From Planctomycetota bacterium (lineage in GTDB: Bacteria > Planctomycetota > DG-23 > JAZDKG01): a stretch of 64,000 bases of DNA. How positions within the stretch are numbered: the stretch's first letter is position 1; each line of letters begins with the position of its first letter. Where the stretch lies: positions 2,503-66,502 of the forward strand of contig JAZDKG010000044.1 in the NCBI GenBank assembly GCA_043803205.1, given 5' to 3'. The position numbers and the translations under genes were made by a program. The notes beneath the pieces were generated by a model that saw nothing but the letters and a program-made list of their open reading frames with translations, was not told the DNA's origin and did not search any database. Shown here in pieces: positions 1 to 10,095 of the stretch.

Positions 1-1126
1 CAGGCGGGTTGTCCAAGTGCTTCGGCACCTTCGCGAGGTCCGCATGGGGTTCTTCGAAAAGGCCAAGCTCAAACTTCGCGAGGAGCACGCGGCGGACCGC
101 CGTATCGATGGTTGTCTCGCTCACGAGACCCTCTCGTAGAGCGCAAAGCAGGTTCTCGCCGAAGCATTCCGCGGCGGGCATTTCGACGTCGAGGCCCGCT
201 TCGAGCGCCATCACCCCCGCCTCCTTCGCGTCGCACGCGACCTTGTGGAAGGTCGCCAGCATACTGATGCTGCCGTAGTCCGAAAAGACGAACCCCTTGA
301 AACCCCACTCTTCGCGGAGGATGCCGGTGAGGAGTCGGCGATCCCTCGCGCAGGGAATGCCGTCGACGGTGTGGTACGCGTTCATGAGGGATCGGGCCTT
401 GCCCAGCTTTACCGCGGCCTCGAACGGGAAGAGGAAGACCTCTCGGAATTCCCGTTCCCCGACGTGCACGGGTGCGCAGTTGCGTCCACCTTCGGGGAGG
501 CCATGCGCTGCGAAATGCTTGGGGGTCGCGAGGATGCCGGTCCTTGGATCCTCGCCCTGAAGCCCCTGTATGTACGCCGTTCCCATCCTGGCGACGAGGT
601 ACGGATCCTCTCCCATCGTTTCCTCGGTCCGCCCCCATCGGGGGTCGCGCGCGATGTCGAGCACGGGGGAGAGGCCCTGGGTGGCGCCGATCGCGCGCAC
701 CTGTCCTCCAATCACCCGCGTGATCTCGGAGAGGAGTTCGGGATTCCACGTGCTCGCCAGGCCGATCGCCTGGGGGAAAGTGGTGGCGCTCCTCGCGGTG
801 AAACCGCTGAGACACTCCTCGTGGACGATTGCGGGGATGCCGAGGCGGGTCTTCTTCACGAGGAAGGTCTGCAGGTCGGCGATGAAGCGGGCCGCGTCTC
901 TGGGCGAAAGCCCCTCCGGGGCGGCGCCGACGCGCGTGATCTGTCCGACGCCCTTGGGGAGAAGCTTCTTCGCCTTGGTCTGGCTGAATCTTCCGCGGGT
1001 CATAAGGTTCCCTGTCGGCACGCCGCTGAGCTGGGCGACCTTTTCCCCAATCGTCATCCGGGCGAGGAGGTCCTCAACTCTCTGAGCGACGGGGAGCCCT
1101 GCGTTGCGGTACGCGGCCTTTGCCAT
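1..1126 (-). CDS. Glycoside hydrolase family 3 (BglX/NagZ-like beta-glycosidase), N-terminal part; C-terminus lies beyond the window edge
   Basis: Absent from the ORF track because there is no stop in the window. My own minus-strand translation from the ATG at 1126-1124 gives MAKAAYRNAGLPVAQRVEDLLARMTIGEKVAQL...GIPAIVHEECLSG...LDIARDPRWGRTEETMGEDPYL...KHFAAHG...GFKGFVFSDYG. These are typical GH3 N-terminal barrel motifs, including the nucleophile-region SDY. Confidence 0.8.
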   Translation of the reverse strand, partial: MAKAAYRNAGLPVAQRVEDLLARMTIGEKVAQLSGVPTGNLMTRGRFSQTKAKKLLPKGVGQITRVGAAPEGLSPRDAARFIADLQTFLVKKTRLGIPAIVHEECLSGFTARSATTFPQAIGLASTWNPELLSEITRVIGGQVRAIGATQGLSPVLDIARDPRWGRTEETMGEDPYLVARMGTAYIQGLQGEDPRTGILATPKHFAAHGLPEGGRNCAPVHVGEREFREVFLFPFEAAVKLGKARSLMNAYHTVDGIPCARDRRLLTGILREEWGFKGFVFSDYGSISMLATFHKVACDAKEAGVMALEAGLDVEMPAAECFGENLLCALREGLVSETTIDTAVRRVLLAKFELGLFEEPHADLAKVPKHLDNPP

Positions 1127-1262
1127 GTAGCTTCTCCTTTTGTGAGTTTCATCGTCGAGTGCGCCGGAAAGGCAGAGAACCCCGGCCAGTGCGACGCGGA
1201 AGAGAGTATGGTATCGTCTGGAAGCTATGTTGGCAAGCGGTCGGGCGGGGGGGCGATCGGCT

Positions 1263-1946
1263 CTAGACCTTGTCCTTGGGGATGGTGTGCGTGCGCTTGT
1301 GGCGGAGGATGTCGCCCTTGGCCATGTAGATGACGTCCTCGGCGATGTTAACGGCGTGGTCGGCGATGCGCTCGAGATGACGGGAAAGGTTGAGCATGTT
1401 GACGAGGGGCATGACGCGCTCCGGGTGGGCTCGAATGGCGCTCTCCACGTCGACGTAGACGCCTCGGTGGATGACGTCCACCTCGTCGTCGGTCTTCCGA
1501 ACGGAATCGGCGAGCTCCGCGTCCATGTTGACGAGGGCGTCCAGGCTATGCTCGAGCATCGATCGGACGCGCTTCGTCTGCGCGGCGACGTCGAAGGTGA
1601 TCTCCTTGAGGGGCGGCTCCTGGGACAGGAACTTCGCCTGCTCGGCGATGTTAACCGCGAGGTCCCCGATCCGCTCGAGGTCGTTGTTGATCTTGAGGAC
1701 GGCGACGACGTATCGCAGGTCGAAGGCCACCGGCTGGTAGAGCGCGAGGGTCTTGAGACACTCCTCCTCGACGTCGATCTCCATCTGGTCGATCGTCGAG
1801 TCGGATTCAATGACCTTGTCCGCGATGCGCACGTCGCGGCTGGTGACGGCCCGCGTCGCCTTCTCCAGACTCTCCTCGACGAGCGCGCCAAGAGAGAGGA
1901 TCATCTTCTTGAGGGAGTCCACCTGTTTCTGCAAGTGTACCGACAT
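1263..1946 (-). CDS. phoU: Phosphate transport system regulatory protein PhoU
   Basis: 227-aa ORF with duplicated PhoU helical repeats (DQMEIDVEEECLKTLALYQPVAFDLRYV; LSRHLERIADHAVNIAEDVIY). It is the last gene of the pst operon and has a GGGAGGAG RBS upstream of the ATG. Confidence 0.9.
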   Translation of the reverse strand: MSVHLQKQVDSLKKMILSLGALVEESLEKATRAVTSRDVRIADKVIESDSTIDQMEIDVEEECLKTLALYQPVAFDLRYVVAVLKINNDLERIGDLAVNIAEQAKFLSQEPPLKEITFDVAAQTKRVRSMLEHSLDALVNMDAELADSVRKTDDEVDVIHRGVYVDVESAIRAHPERVMPLVNMLNLSRHLERIADHAVNIAEDVIYMAKGDILRHKRTHTIPKDKV

Positions 1947-1971
1947 GCGGCGCTCCTCCCGGAGGGTTTTC

Positions 1972-2316
1972 CTAGAACCGGCCTCCCCCGCGATGCGCGA
2001 CGGCGACGAAGTAGCGTCGGTCGGACAGTCCGATCTCGCCTTTCGGTCCCATGACGAGCTCGGATTCCTTGAAGTCGAAGTCGGCCGGGAGCACGTTGAT
2101 CACCTCGACCCGCGTCCACGGGACGATGCGTCTCCCGAGCGGCCCCACCGTGATCTCCTTGACCGAAGCGACGGAGCGGGCGAAGTGGAACGTGCGGCAG
2201 AGGAGTTCGATCGCCACGCCGTCTCTTGTCACCATCTCGCCGATAAAGAGGTGATTGTGGGCCTCGGGGTATGGCTTGACGACCCGGACCTTCCAGATTG
2301 CCTTGGTTTCCTTCAT
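1972..2316 (-). CDS. Uncharacterised 114-aa protein embedded in the pst operon
   Basis: Its ATG overlaps the pstB stop (ATGA at 2313-2316). Third codon positions are GC-rich like the neighbours. It ends 25 nt before the phoU start. No family recognised by eye. Confidence 0.65.
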   Translation of the reverse strand: MKETKAIWKVRVVKPYPEAHNHLFIGEMVTRDGVAIELLCRTFHFARSVASVKEITVGPLGRRIVPWTRVEVINVLPADFDFKESELVMGPKGEIGLSDRRYFVAVAHRGGGRF

Positions 2317-3155
2317 CCGAACCTCCCTGAAATGTAGTCTTCGGTCTGTCTCTCCCTGGGGTTGGTGAAGATCTGCGTTGTTTCGCCGAACTCCACGATG
2401 CGTCCCTGGTAAAAGAAGGCGGTATAGTCGCTCACGCGCGCCGCCTGCTGCATGTTATGGGTCACAAGGACCACGGTGTATTTCGACTTAAGGGCCTCGA
2501 TCAGGTCCTCGATTTTGGCGGTGGCCACGGGGTCGATCGCGGAGCAAGGCTCATCCATGAGGAGGAGCTCCGGCTCGAGCGCGACGGCGCGTGCAATGCA
2601 GAGGCGCTGCTGCTGGCCGCCGGAGAGCGCCGTCCCCATCTCATCGAGTTTGTCTACGACTTCGTCCCACAGCGCGGCCCGGCGCAACGCGTTCTCCACG
2701 AGGCGGGCGAGCTCCGCCCTCGGCGTGCGAAAATGAAGCCGCAGCCCGTACGCCACGTTGTCGAAGATCGTCATCGGGAAGGGCGTCGGCTTCTGAAAGA
2801 TCATACCCACGCGCCGGCGAAGGTCCATGAGGTCCGTCGTCGAAGAAAGGATGTTTTCGCCGTCGAGGAGGATCTCGCCCGCAGCCCGCTGGTCGCGGTA
2901 AAGCTCGTAGATCCGATTGTAGGTGCGCAGGTGCGTCGACTTGCCGCATCCCGACGGGCCGATGATCGCCGTCACCCGCTGCTCGGCGATGTCGATGGAG
3001 TTGTCGAACAGGACCTGGTTGCGTCCGTAGTGGAAGTTGAGAGAGCGGACCGAGAGCTTGACGACTGATTTGCGGGAGGGCGGCGCCGCGGCCCTTTGTG
3101 CCAGGGCCTTTTCGTACGATGTCGCAAGATTCGCATGCGAGTGTTCCACGGTCAC
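2313..3155 (-). CDS. pstB: Phosphate ABC transporter ATP-binding protein PstB
   Basis: Walker [13 protein letters not shown] signature LSGGQQQR and Walker B LLLMDEP. The GTG at 3155 overlaps the pstA stop (GTGA). Track ORF 2313..4253 is an over-extension into pstA/pstC. Confidence 0.9.
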   Translation of the reverse strand: MTVEHSHANLATSYEKALAQRAAAPPSRKSVVKLSVRSLNFHYGRNQVLFDNSIDIAEQRVTAIIGPSGCGKSTHLRTYNRIYELYRDQRAAGEILLDGENILSSTTDLMDLRRRVGMIFQKPTPFPMTIFDNVAYGLRLHFRTPRAELARLVENALRRAALWDEVVDKLDEMGTALSGGQQQRLCIARAVALEPELLLMDEPCSAIDPVATAKIEDLIEALKSKYTVVLVTHNMQQAARVSDYTAFFYQGRIVEFGETTQIFTNPRERQTEDYISGRFG

Positions 3156-3997
3156 CTCGCCGTCTTCCTGAGGATGGCCCGCGACGCGACGGTCACAAGC
3201 AACACGCCGGTCGTGATGAGCAGGGACGCCCCCCACGCCTTGGCCTTCCAGTCCTCGTAGGGGGACATAGCGTAGTTGTAGATCGTCACCGTTAGGTTCG
3301 CCGTCGGCTGCGAGAGCGCGTTGGGCCAGTAAGGGCTGTTCAGCGCCGTGAAGAGGAGAGGCGCGGTCTCCCCGCTCACCCGCGCGATGGCCAGGAGCGC
3401 GCCCGTGAGGAGGCCGCCCTTGGCGGCCCGACACACGACGCCGAGGGTCGCCTTCCACTTGGGAACGCCGAGGCCCAGTGCCGCCTCGCGCAGGTCGTCC
3501 CCGACGAGGTTGAGCATGTCCTCGGTCGTGCGGGCGACGACCGGCAGCATGATGATCGCCAGCGCCGCCGCCCCCGCGTATCCCGAGTAGCGGGAGAAGG
3601 GGAGGACGAGGAGGGTGTAGACGAAAATGCCGATGATGATCGAGGGCGTGCCCATGAGGATGTTGGCGAGCATCCGAACTAACGTCGCGAAATGTCCGTG
3701 CTTGCCGTACTCCGCAAGGTAGATCCCGGCGAGCATTCCCGCCGGGACGCCGAAGAGGGTTGCCAGCCCCGTGAGGACGGCGGTCCCGAGGATGGCGTGT
3801 CCTACGCCTCCTCCGGGCTCCCCGGGAGGAGTCTGGGCCTTCGTGAAGAAATCCCAGTCGAACGCGCGCGCTCCGCGATGCAGCACCGACACGAGCACCC
3901 AGAGAAGGAAAGTGATCGCGATCAACGCGCCCAGTGCCGACAAGGCTAGGACTGCTCGGTTCGCGGCTTTGCGGGCGGCGGGGCTTCGCGGGTTCAT
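3152..3997 (-). CDS. pstA: Phosphate ABC transporter permease PstA
   Basis: 281-aa polytopic membrane protein carrying the BPD-transporter EAA-like loop ([19 protein letters not shown]). Its ATGA overlaps the pstC stop. Confidence 0.9.
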   Translation of the reverse strand: MNPRSPAARKAANRAVLALSALGALIAITFLLWVLVSVLHRGARAFDWDFFTKAQTPPGEPGGGVGHAILGTAVLTGLATLFGVPAGMLAGIYLAEYGKHGHFATLVRMLANILMGTPSIIIGIFVYTLLVLPFSRYSGYAGAAALAIIMLPVVARTTEDMLNLVGDDLREAALGLGVPKWKATLGVVCRAAKGGLLTGALLAIARVSGETAPLLFTALNSPYWPNALSQPTANLTVTIYNYAMSPYEDWKAKAWGASLLITTGVLLVTVASRAILRKTAR

Positions 3998-4968
3998 TTC
4001 GTCCTCCCGAGCTTCCCCCGGAGGCTTCGCAGCCAGAGCTGCGCGAGGATCTGAAAGAAGAGGGTGATGCAGAAGAGGATGAGGCCCAGCTCGATGAGCA
4101 CGCTGCGCGACAGGGGCTCGGCGATCGATTCGCCGAACTCGTTCGCGAGCGTCGAGGCGATGCTGTTCCCCGCCTCAAAGAGGCTCGCGGAAACCCGGTG
4201 CGAGTTTCCGATGACGAAGGTGACGGCCATCGTCTCACCGATGGCCCGCCCAAGACCGAGGAAACACGCGCCCAGAAGCCCCTGGATCGCGTACGGGAGG
4301 CTCACTTGGCGCGTTACCTCCCACGTGGTGGCGCCCAGCCCGTGCGCCGACTCCTTCACCACCGGAGGGACCATCGAGAGCACGTCGCGGGAGACGGCGC
4401 TCATGTAGGGGAGGATCATGACGGCGAGGATGATCCCGGCGGTGAGCATCCCGATCCCCATCGGCGGACCCTGGAAGAGCGGGAGGAAGCCGAGAGTCCT
4501 CCCAAGGCACGGCTGCACGTGTTGGCGCATGAAGTCGCTAAAGACGAAGAGCCCCCACATGCCGAAGATGATGCTCGGGACGGCCGCGAGGAGTTCGATC
4601 GCGACCCCGACGGGTCTGCCCAGAAGGGGATGCGCCAACTCCACGAGGAAGATGGCGATCCCCAGGCTCAGCGGCACGGCGAGGGCCATCGCGATGAGCG
4701 TGCTTGCGAGCGTTCCGAAGATGGAGCTTGCGGCGCCGTAGTCCTCCCGTACGGGGTTCCAGGCAGCGGACCAGAGGAAGGAGGCCCCGAAGCGCCGGAT
4801 GCTTTCGCGGGAATTCACGGCTAGTTGCCAGAAGATCGCGGCGACGACGGCGACGATCGCAAGAGCGCACGCCAGCACGAGCCAGCGGAAGAGCGGATCG
4901 CCGAGGTTGCGTTTTCTTGTGTCCTTCATTTCCGCATCCGCCGGCCTCGACGGGCGAGGCCCCCTCAC
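3994..4968 (-). CDS. pstC: Phosphate ABC transporter permease PstC
   Basis: Polytopic permease (…[24 protein letters not shown]…). The GTG at 4968 overlaps the pstS stop (GTGA). An alternative ATG at 4929 (MKDTRKRN…) is equally plausible. Confidence 0.85.
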   Translation of the reverse strand: MRGPRPSRPADAEMKDTRKRNLGDPLFRWLVLACALAIVAVVAAIFWQLAVNSRESIRRFGASFLWSAAWNPVREDYGAASSIFGTLASTLIAMALAVPLSLGIAIFLVELAHPLLGRPVGVAIELLAAVPSIIFGMWGLFVFSDFMRQHVQPCLGRTLGFLPLFQGPPMGIGMLTAGIILAVMILPYMSAVSRDVLSMVPPVVKESAHGLGATTWEVTRQVSLPYAIQGLLGACFLGLGRAIGETMAVTFVIGNSHRVSASLFEAGNSIASTLANEFGESIAEPLSRSVLIELGLILFCITLFFQILAQLWLRSLRGKLGRTK

Positions 4969-6026
4969 TTCGTCCAGACCGTCCGCCCTCCCGAGCGCAC
5001 CTTGTCGCGCCAGGTCGTCTCGACGAGGTCGATGACCTCGGGCGGAAGGGGGACGTAATGGAGATCTTTCGCCAGGCTATCGCCCTGGCGCATGCACCAA
5101 TCGAAGAACTCGAGCATCGCCCGGGCGCGTTTCGCGTCGGTCTGGTCGGTGTAGATGAGGATGAAGGACGCGCCGACGATGGGCCAGGAGTCCTCCCCTG
5201 GCTGGTCGATCAGAACCATGTAGTAGCCGGGCGCGTTCTTCCAGTCGGCGTTGGCGGCTGCGGATGAGAAGGTGTCGATGGTGGGCTGGAGGAAGTTCCC
5301 GGCGCGGTTCTTGAGCCGGACGTGCGAGAGGTTGTTCTGAAGAGCATACGCGAACTCGACGTACCCGATCGCGCCGGGGAGCTGCTTCACGTAGTTGGCG
5401 ACCCCTTCGTTGCCCTTGCCGCCTGTGCCGGTCGGCCAGGCGACGGCCTTCGAGGCCCCCACGCGCTCTTGCCACTCCTTGGAGACCTTGGCCAAGTAGC
5501 TCGTGTAGATCCAAGTCGTCCCTGACTTGTCGGCCCGGTAGACCACCGTGATGGGGGAGTCGGGGAGGGCGAGCCCCGGGTTGAGCTTCCGAACCGCTTC
5601 GTCGTTCCAGGTCCTGATCTTTCCGAAGAGGATGGCGACGAGGGTTTCGCCATCGAGCTTGAGGTCTCCGGGTCTGACGCCGGGAATGTTCACGACCGGT
5701 ACCACCCCGCCCACGATCATGGGGAACTGGACGAGGCCGGCGTCGCGCAGGTCGGCATCCTTGAGGGGCTCGTCGGAGGCTCCGAAATCGATCGTTTTGA
5801 CCTTGATCTGGGCGATCCCGCCGCCGCTCCCGATGGACTGGTAGTTTAGCTTGACGCCCGTGAGCTGCTCGTACTTGTACGCCCATTTTGAGTAGATCGG
5901 GTAAGGGAAGCTGGCGCCGGCGCCCGTGATGAGCGTCTCCTCTTCGGCGAAGGCGACCGCGCTCAGGAGCCCCAGGCCGAGGATCGTCATCGCCAGCGCC
6001 ACGTGAAAGAACACCGTGCCTCTCAT
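4965..6026 (-). CDS. pstS: Periplasmic phosphate-binding protein PstS
   Basis: Start MRGTVFFHVALAMTILGLGLLSAVAFA (signal peptide) lies behind a GGAGGGAGG RBS. PstS-type motifs are TGAGASFPYPIY, YQSIGSGGG and GASD. The track start at 6113 is probably too far upstream. Confidence 0.85.
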   Translation of the reverse strand: MRGTVFFHVALAMTILGLGLLSAVAFAEEETLITGAGASFPYPIYSKWAYKYEQLTGVKLNYQSIGSGGGIAQIKVKTIDFGASDEPLKDADLRDAGLVQFPMIVGGVVPVVNIPGVRPGDLKLDGETLVAILFGKIRTWNDEAVRKLNPGLALPDSPITVVYRADKSGTTWIYTSYLAKVSKEWQERVGASKAVAWPTGTGGKGNEGVANYVKQLPGAIGYVEFAYALQNNLSHVRLKNRAGNFLQPTIDTFSSAAANADWKNAPGYYMVLIDQPGEDSWPIVGASFILIYTDQTDAKRARAMLEFFDWCMRQGDSLAKDLHYVPLPPEVIDLVETTWRDKVRSGGRTVWTK

Positions 6027-6134
6027 TTCTCGGACCTCCCTCCTGGTTCGGTACTTATCGTAGGGTTGTTCTGTTAGCGTTTGGTTAGGGTCGCATGAGA
6101 ATCCTGTCGGCATGTGTTTCTCCTCCTTTTCCCT

Positions 6135-7409
6135 CTAGAACTTGAACGTCACGTCGATCTGGAGACGTTCGTATTCCTTTGAGCCTTCCACACCGAGCGT
6201 GTTGTTGAAATAGCTGATCCCGGCCAGCACGTTCTTCGTGAGCTGGTAGTCGAAGCCGACCTCACTTCCTTTGCCGTCCGTCCCGCCCCCCCGGAAGTCG
6301 CTGTCAGTAAAGACGCCCACTACGGCATCCTTCTCGATGTTGCGGTAGTTGTACCGGAACTGCCAGGAGCCCGGGTCCTTGCACTTCCCGACGGTTGCGC
6401 CCGCGAGCCAGCCCGTGTTGCTGCCGTTCGGAGCGCCGAGGTTCTGGACCCAGTCGGCGAAGACGGCGACAGGGACGCCGCCGATGTCCGTTCCCAGCTC
6501 GATGAAGGGCTCGAACTCGCGGAAGTCGTAGGCGTAACGTCCGCCCGAGGTAGTGTTGCCGAAGCTCTTCGAGGTGTTGTAGAAGGTCTTGGCACCGTCC
6601 GCCTGGGTGAAGTCGAAATAGCCGAGCCCGGCGCGGGCGTACCACTTGGATTCTTCGGGCTGGAACTTGAGCCCTGCCTGCACGCCCCAGAGAATGCTGT
6701 CAAGAGCCCCGGAGTTCTCGCGGACCCAGAACCCGCCTGCGGAGCCGAAAGGCTCGAAGGCGCCCCACTTTCGTGCGAACTTCACGGCAAGCCCCTCGGG
6801 GCGCAGGTCGCCATCCCAGATGAGCTCGGTGCTCCCCGGGGCGTAGAAGGGGTTCTTCATTTTTCCGCCGATCACGTGGAGCCCCGACACCCGCGAAGGA
6901 TGCCAGTCGAAGTACGCGAGATCGATCCAGACACTCTTGCTGGAGAAGCCGGAGGTGAGGGTTTGGTTGAGGGAGGCGGGGTCCTGTCCCTGTTCCAGCT
7001 CGGCCTTCGGTTCGTATTTGCCGGTCGCCACGGACAGCCCCACGTCGATGTCGTCCGTGACCTTCGCTGTAACGTCGAGGTTGGCCTTGATGCGGTGGCG
7101 GTTGCGGTCCGGCTTGTCCGTCTCGGCGATCCGCTCGTGACGATAGCGCAGACCCCCGCCTACCTTGACCTTCTCGGTCCACTTCGAGGAGTATCCCTTC
7201 TTCTCGTCTTCCTTCTTCTTGAAGTCGGCCTCGGTCTTCTTTGACTCCATCTCCGCGATCCGGGCCACGAGATTCTGGATGATCTTCCCCTGCTCTTCGA
7301 CGATTTGGCTGAGTTTGCGGATTTCCTCCGCGTTGGTTGTCTCGTCGGCACGCGCTGCGAGACAGCCCAGCACGACCGCTAGACACAACACCGCTGCCGG
7401 CCTCTTCAT
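6135..7409 (-). CDS. Outer-membrane porin, probably phosphate-regulated; N-terminal coiled coil plus beta-barrel
   Basis: Signal peptide MKRPAAVLCLAVVLGCLAARA, a charged heptad-like segment (EEIRKLSQIVEEQGKIIQNLVARIAEMESKK), alternating beta-strand pattern and a C-terminal ...DVTFKF aromatic end. Strong AGGAGG RBS. It is the first gene of the pst transcription unit. Confidence 0.7.
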   Translation of the reverse strand: MKRPAAVLCLAVVLGCLAARADETTNAEEIRKLSQIVEEQGKIIQNLVARIAEMESKKTEADFKKKEDEKKGYSSKWTEKVKVGGGLRYRHERIAETDKPDRNRHRIKANLDVTAKVTDDIDVGLSVATGKYEPKAELEQGQDPASLNQTLTSGFSSKSVWIDLAYFDWHPSRVSGLHVIGGKMKNPFYAPGSTELIWDGDLRPEGLAVKFARKWGAFEPFGSAGGFWVRENSGALDSILWGVQAGLKFQPEESKWYARAGLGYFDFTQADGAKTFYNTSKSFGNTTSGGRYAYDFREFEPFIELGTDIGGVPVAVFADWVQNLGAPNGSNTGWLAGATVGKCKDPGSWQFRYNYRNIEKDAVVGVFTDSDFRGGGTDGKGSEVGFDYQLTKNVLAGISYFNNTLGVEGSKEYERLQIDVTFKF

Positions 7410-7516
7410 GGTTTGACCTCCTGTTCAAGAAAGGCTCTTGACAACCTTCCTTGTACCGAGAGGTGTTTAGGCGGTTGTGAGGGGGAAACTAGATTTGGGT
7501 GAAAGAGCGGATTTGG

Positions 7517-9289
7517 TTAGGGGCGGGGGAGGTGGATCCGGAAGACGCTGCCGACGCCCACGGCGCACTCGACGCTGACTCGGCCCCCGTGCGCCTGGGC
7601 GATGTGCTTGACGATCGACAGTCCCAGCCCCGTTCCGCCGAGCTTGCGGCTGCGCGCCTTGTCCGCGCGGTAGAACCGCTCGAACAGGTGCGGGAGATGC
7701 TCCGGGGCGATGCCGCAGCCGTGGTCCGTGACGGTCACGACGACCGCGCCCTCCTGCTCCTCGGCCGCGACCTCGATGTCGTTTCCCTCGGCGCTGTATT
7801 TGATGGCGTTGTCGATGAGGTTCACGACGGCCTGCGTGAGAAGCACCGCGTTGATGCGTCCCTCAAGGCCCTTCGGACAGACCTGGAGAACGCGGATCTT
7901 CTTGTCGGCGGCCTTCTCCGCGCAGGCGTCGACCGCCGCCGCCAGCGCGTCGCACATGGGGCCGGCCGAAAGCGGGATCTGCGCGGCCTGCGCGTCCTCC
8001 TCGATCCTGGAAAGGCTGAGCAGGTCGTCGATGATTGAAGCTAAGCGGTCCGCCTGCCTGGCGATGATCTCCAGGAACGGGCGCGCGTCCCCCGTTTTCT
8101 CCGGCGGCTCCGAGAGGAGGGTCTCGACGAAGCCCTTGATGGATGTGACGGGAGTGCGCAGCTCATGGGACACGTTCGCAACAAACTCGGTGCGCATCCG
8201 CTCAAGCCGGCGGAGCCTTGTCACGTCGTTCAGAACCACGAGCGCTCCGATGGGTCGTCCCCCGGCGTCCTTGAGGACCGTTCCGTTGGCCTGGAGGTGC
8301 GCCTCCCTCTCGCCTGGAAGCAGGATCTCCCCCTCCACGATCTCCTCCCCCGTGAGCGCCCTGCGCACGAGGCGCTCCAGCTCCGGATTGCGCACGACCT
8401 CCTGGATGGTTCTGCCTTGAGCGTGGTCGGCCGAGAACTTGAGGAGCTGCGAGGCTGCATGGTTGAGGGTGATGACCTTCTCGTCCGCGTCCACCGCGAT
8501 CACCCCTTCCGCCATGCTGGAGAGGACCGCCTCCTTCTCGTTGTGCTGCCGGACGAGGGAGTGAATCCGCGCGTCGAGCTCGCCGGCCATCTTGTTCATC
8601 GTCTCGGCGAGCAAGGCGAGCTCCTCGGAGTGCTCCGCGGACAGGCGATGGCCGAGGTCGCCGCGGGCGAACCGCTCGGCGCCGCGACGAAGCTCGGCAA
8701 GGCGCCGGCTGACCGGCCGGCTTGCCAGCAAACTCACGGCAGCGGCCAGCACGGCCGCGATCCCCGCGCCCATGGCGACCTGAATGTAGATCCCCTGGAG
8801 CTCCCGGTCGAGCGGATCGATCGGAAGGGCCGTCCGTATCACCCCCGCGGTCTCGCCATCTGTCTGGAGGGCGATCGCGACGTACATCATCCTCTTGCCC
8901 AGGGTGTGGCTGTAGCGCGTGGTCCTCCCCGTCTCGAGGGCCAGGGCGCGCTTCACCTCCGGGCGGTCGCCGTGGTTGTCCATCCGGGCCGGATCCTCAT
9001 CGCTGTCGGCGACGACCTTTCCGTTCGGCAGGATCACGGTCGCCCTGGTGGAGGTGTTCTCCTTGACCTCCTTGCAGAGCGCGTCAAGGCGAGACATGTC
9101 TCCGGCGCCCAGGCTCTGTAATGCCTGTTGGGCGACGAGGCGCGCGCGCGCCTCGAGCGTCGCGCCCGTCTCCCGGAGGTAGAATTCCTTGAGGGTGCGT
9201 GAGGCGTACCACGTCACGCCGGCCAGCGCCGCGAGCAAGACGGCTAGATACCAGGGGTATAGTTGCCAGAGGAGCCGCCTCCTGCGCAT
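7517..9289 (-). CDS. phoR: Sensor histidine kinase, PhoR-like (TM-sensor-TM, HAMP, PAS, HisKA, HATPase)
   Basis: H-box SHELRTPVTSIKGF, N box NLIDNAIKYS, and G boxes DHGCGI and GGTGLGLSIV. It follows phoB after a 3-nt gap and is adjacent to the pst operon. Confidence 0.8.
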   Translation of the reverse strand: MRRRRLLWQLYPWYLAVLLAALAGVTWYASRTLKEFYLRETGATLEARARLVAQQALQSLGAGDMSRLDALCKEVKENTSTRATVILPNGKVVADSDEDPARMDNHGDRPEVKRALALETGRTTRYSHTLGKRMMYVAIALQTDGETAGVIRTALPIDPLDRELQGIYIQVAMGAGIAAVLAAAVSLLASRPVSRRLAELRRGAERFARGDLGHRLSAEHSEELALLAETMNKMAGELDARIHSLVRQHNEKEAVLSSMAEGVIAVDADEKVITLNHAASQLLKFSADHAQGRTIQEVVRNPELERLVRRALTGEEIVEGEILLPGEREAHLQANGTVLKDAGGRPIGALVVLNDVTRLRRLERMRTEFVANVSHELRTPVTSIKGFVETLLSEPPEKTGDARPFLEIIARQADRLASIIDDLLSLSRIEEDAQAAQIPLSAGPMCDALAAAVDACAEKAADKKIRVLQVCPKGLEGRINAVLLTQAVVNLIDNAIKYSAEGNDIEVAAEEQEGAVVVTVTDHGCGIAPEHLPHLFERFYRADKARSRKLGGTGLGLSIVKHIAQAHGGRVSVECAVGVGSVFRIHLPRP

Positions 9290-9292
9290 GGC

Positions 9293-9979
9293 CTACTCCC
9301 TGAACCGGTACCCCACGCCCCGCACGGTCTCGACGCACTCCCCCGCGTCGCCGAGCTTCTTGCGCAGTCCCGCAATCTGCACGTCCACGGAACGGTCGGT
9401 CACCGGATAGTCGTCGCCATGGACGGCGCTGACGATCCGGCTGCGCGTGAAAACCCAGCCGGGCCGACGCGCCAAGAGATGCAGCACGCGGAACTCGGTG
9501 GAGGTGAGGTCCACGGGCTTGCCCGAGACCGTGACTTCGTGTCGTCCGGGATGGATGATGACGTCGTGGACGCGCAGCGGGGAGTCCTCGCGCACGGGCT
9601 CTCGGGCCTTGCGCCGCAGCACCGCGCGGATTCTGGCCAGCAGCACCCGGGGACTGAAGGGCTTGGTCACGTAGTCGTCGGCCCCGAGTTCCAGGCCCGC
9701 CACGATGTCCGGCTCCTCTCCTTTAGCGGTCAGCATGACGATCGCGATCCCCTGCGTCTTGGCGTCGCTCTTGAGGATGCGACAGACCTCCAGACCGTCG
9801 AGCTCCGGCAGCATGAGGTCCAGGACGACGAGCGCCGGCACCTGCAACCTAGCGATCTCGATCCCGTCTTCGCCGGTCGTCGCGTTCAGGACCCGGTACC
9901 CGTCCTTGGACAGGTTGTACCCCACAAGCTCATGGATGTCCTCGTCGTCCTCGACCACGAGGATCTTTTCCCTGCTCAT
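9293..9979 (-). CDS. phoB: OmpR/PhoB-family response regulator
   Basis: Receiver motifs (ILVVEDDEDI, VVLDLMLPELDG, ADDYVTKPF) and a winged-helix C-terminus (VDVQIAGLRKKL...VRGVGYRF). AGGAGG RBS. Confidence 0.85.
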   Translation of the reverse strand: MSREKILVVEDDEDIHELVGYNLSKDGYRVLNATTGEDGIEIARLQVPALVVLDLMLPELDGLEVCRILKSDAKTQGIAIVMLTAKGEEPDIVAGLELGADDYVTKPFSPRVLLARIRAVLRRKAREPVREDSPLRVHDVIIHPGRHEVTVSGKPVDLTSTEFRVLHLLARRPGWVFTRSRIVSAVHGDDYPVTDRSVDVQIAGLRKKLGDAGECVETVRGVGYRFRE

Positions 9980-10095
9980 CGTTTCCTCCTGACCGAGTGA
10001 TTCGCCGCAGGATCAGAGTATCGGCATTCGTGTTAGGAAACGGTCAGGCCTCCGTGAGTTTCTTGTTTCTATCGCGCGTGCGCGTGTCGGTCCCC

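Noticed and set aside
2313-4253. 646-aa track ORF on the minus strand spanning pstB, pstA and part of pstC
   Set aside because: Only the last 281 codons are PstB. The upstream part is an R/P/S/G-rich out-of-frame shadow over the clearly genuine pstA and pstC frames. PstB starts at the GTG overlapping the pstA stop.
9980-10095. E. coli-type Pho box (CTGTCATAWAWCTGTCAY) upstream of phoB and of the porin-pst operon
   Set aside because: There is no match to the enterobacterial consensus. Only loose TTTCC / AACAC-type elements are shared between the two upstream regions, with inconsistent spacing.
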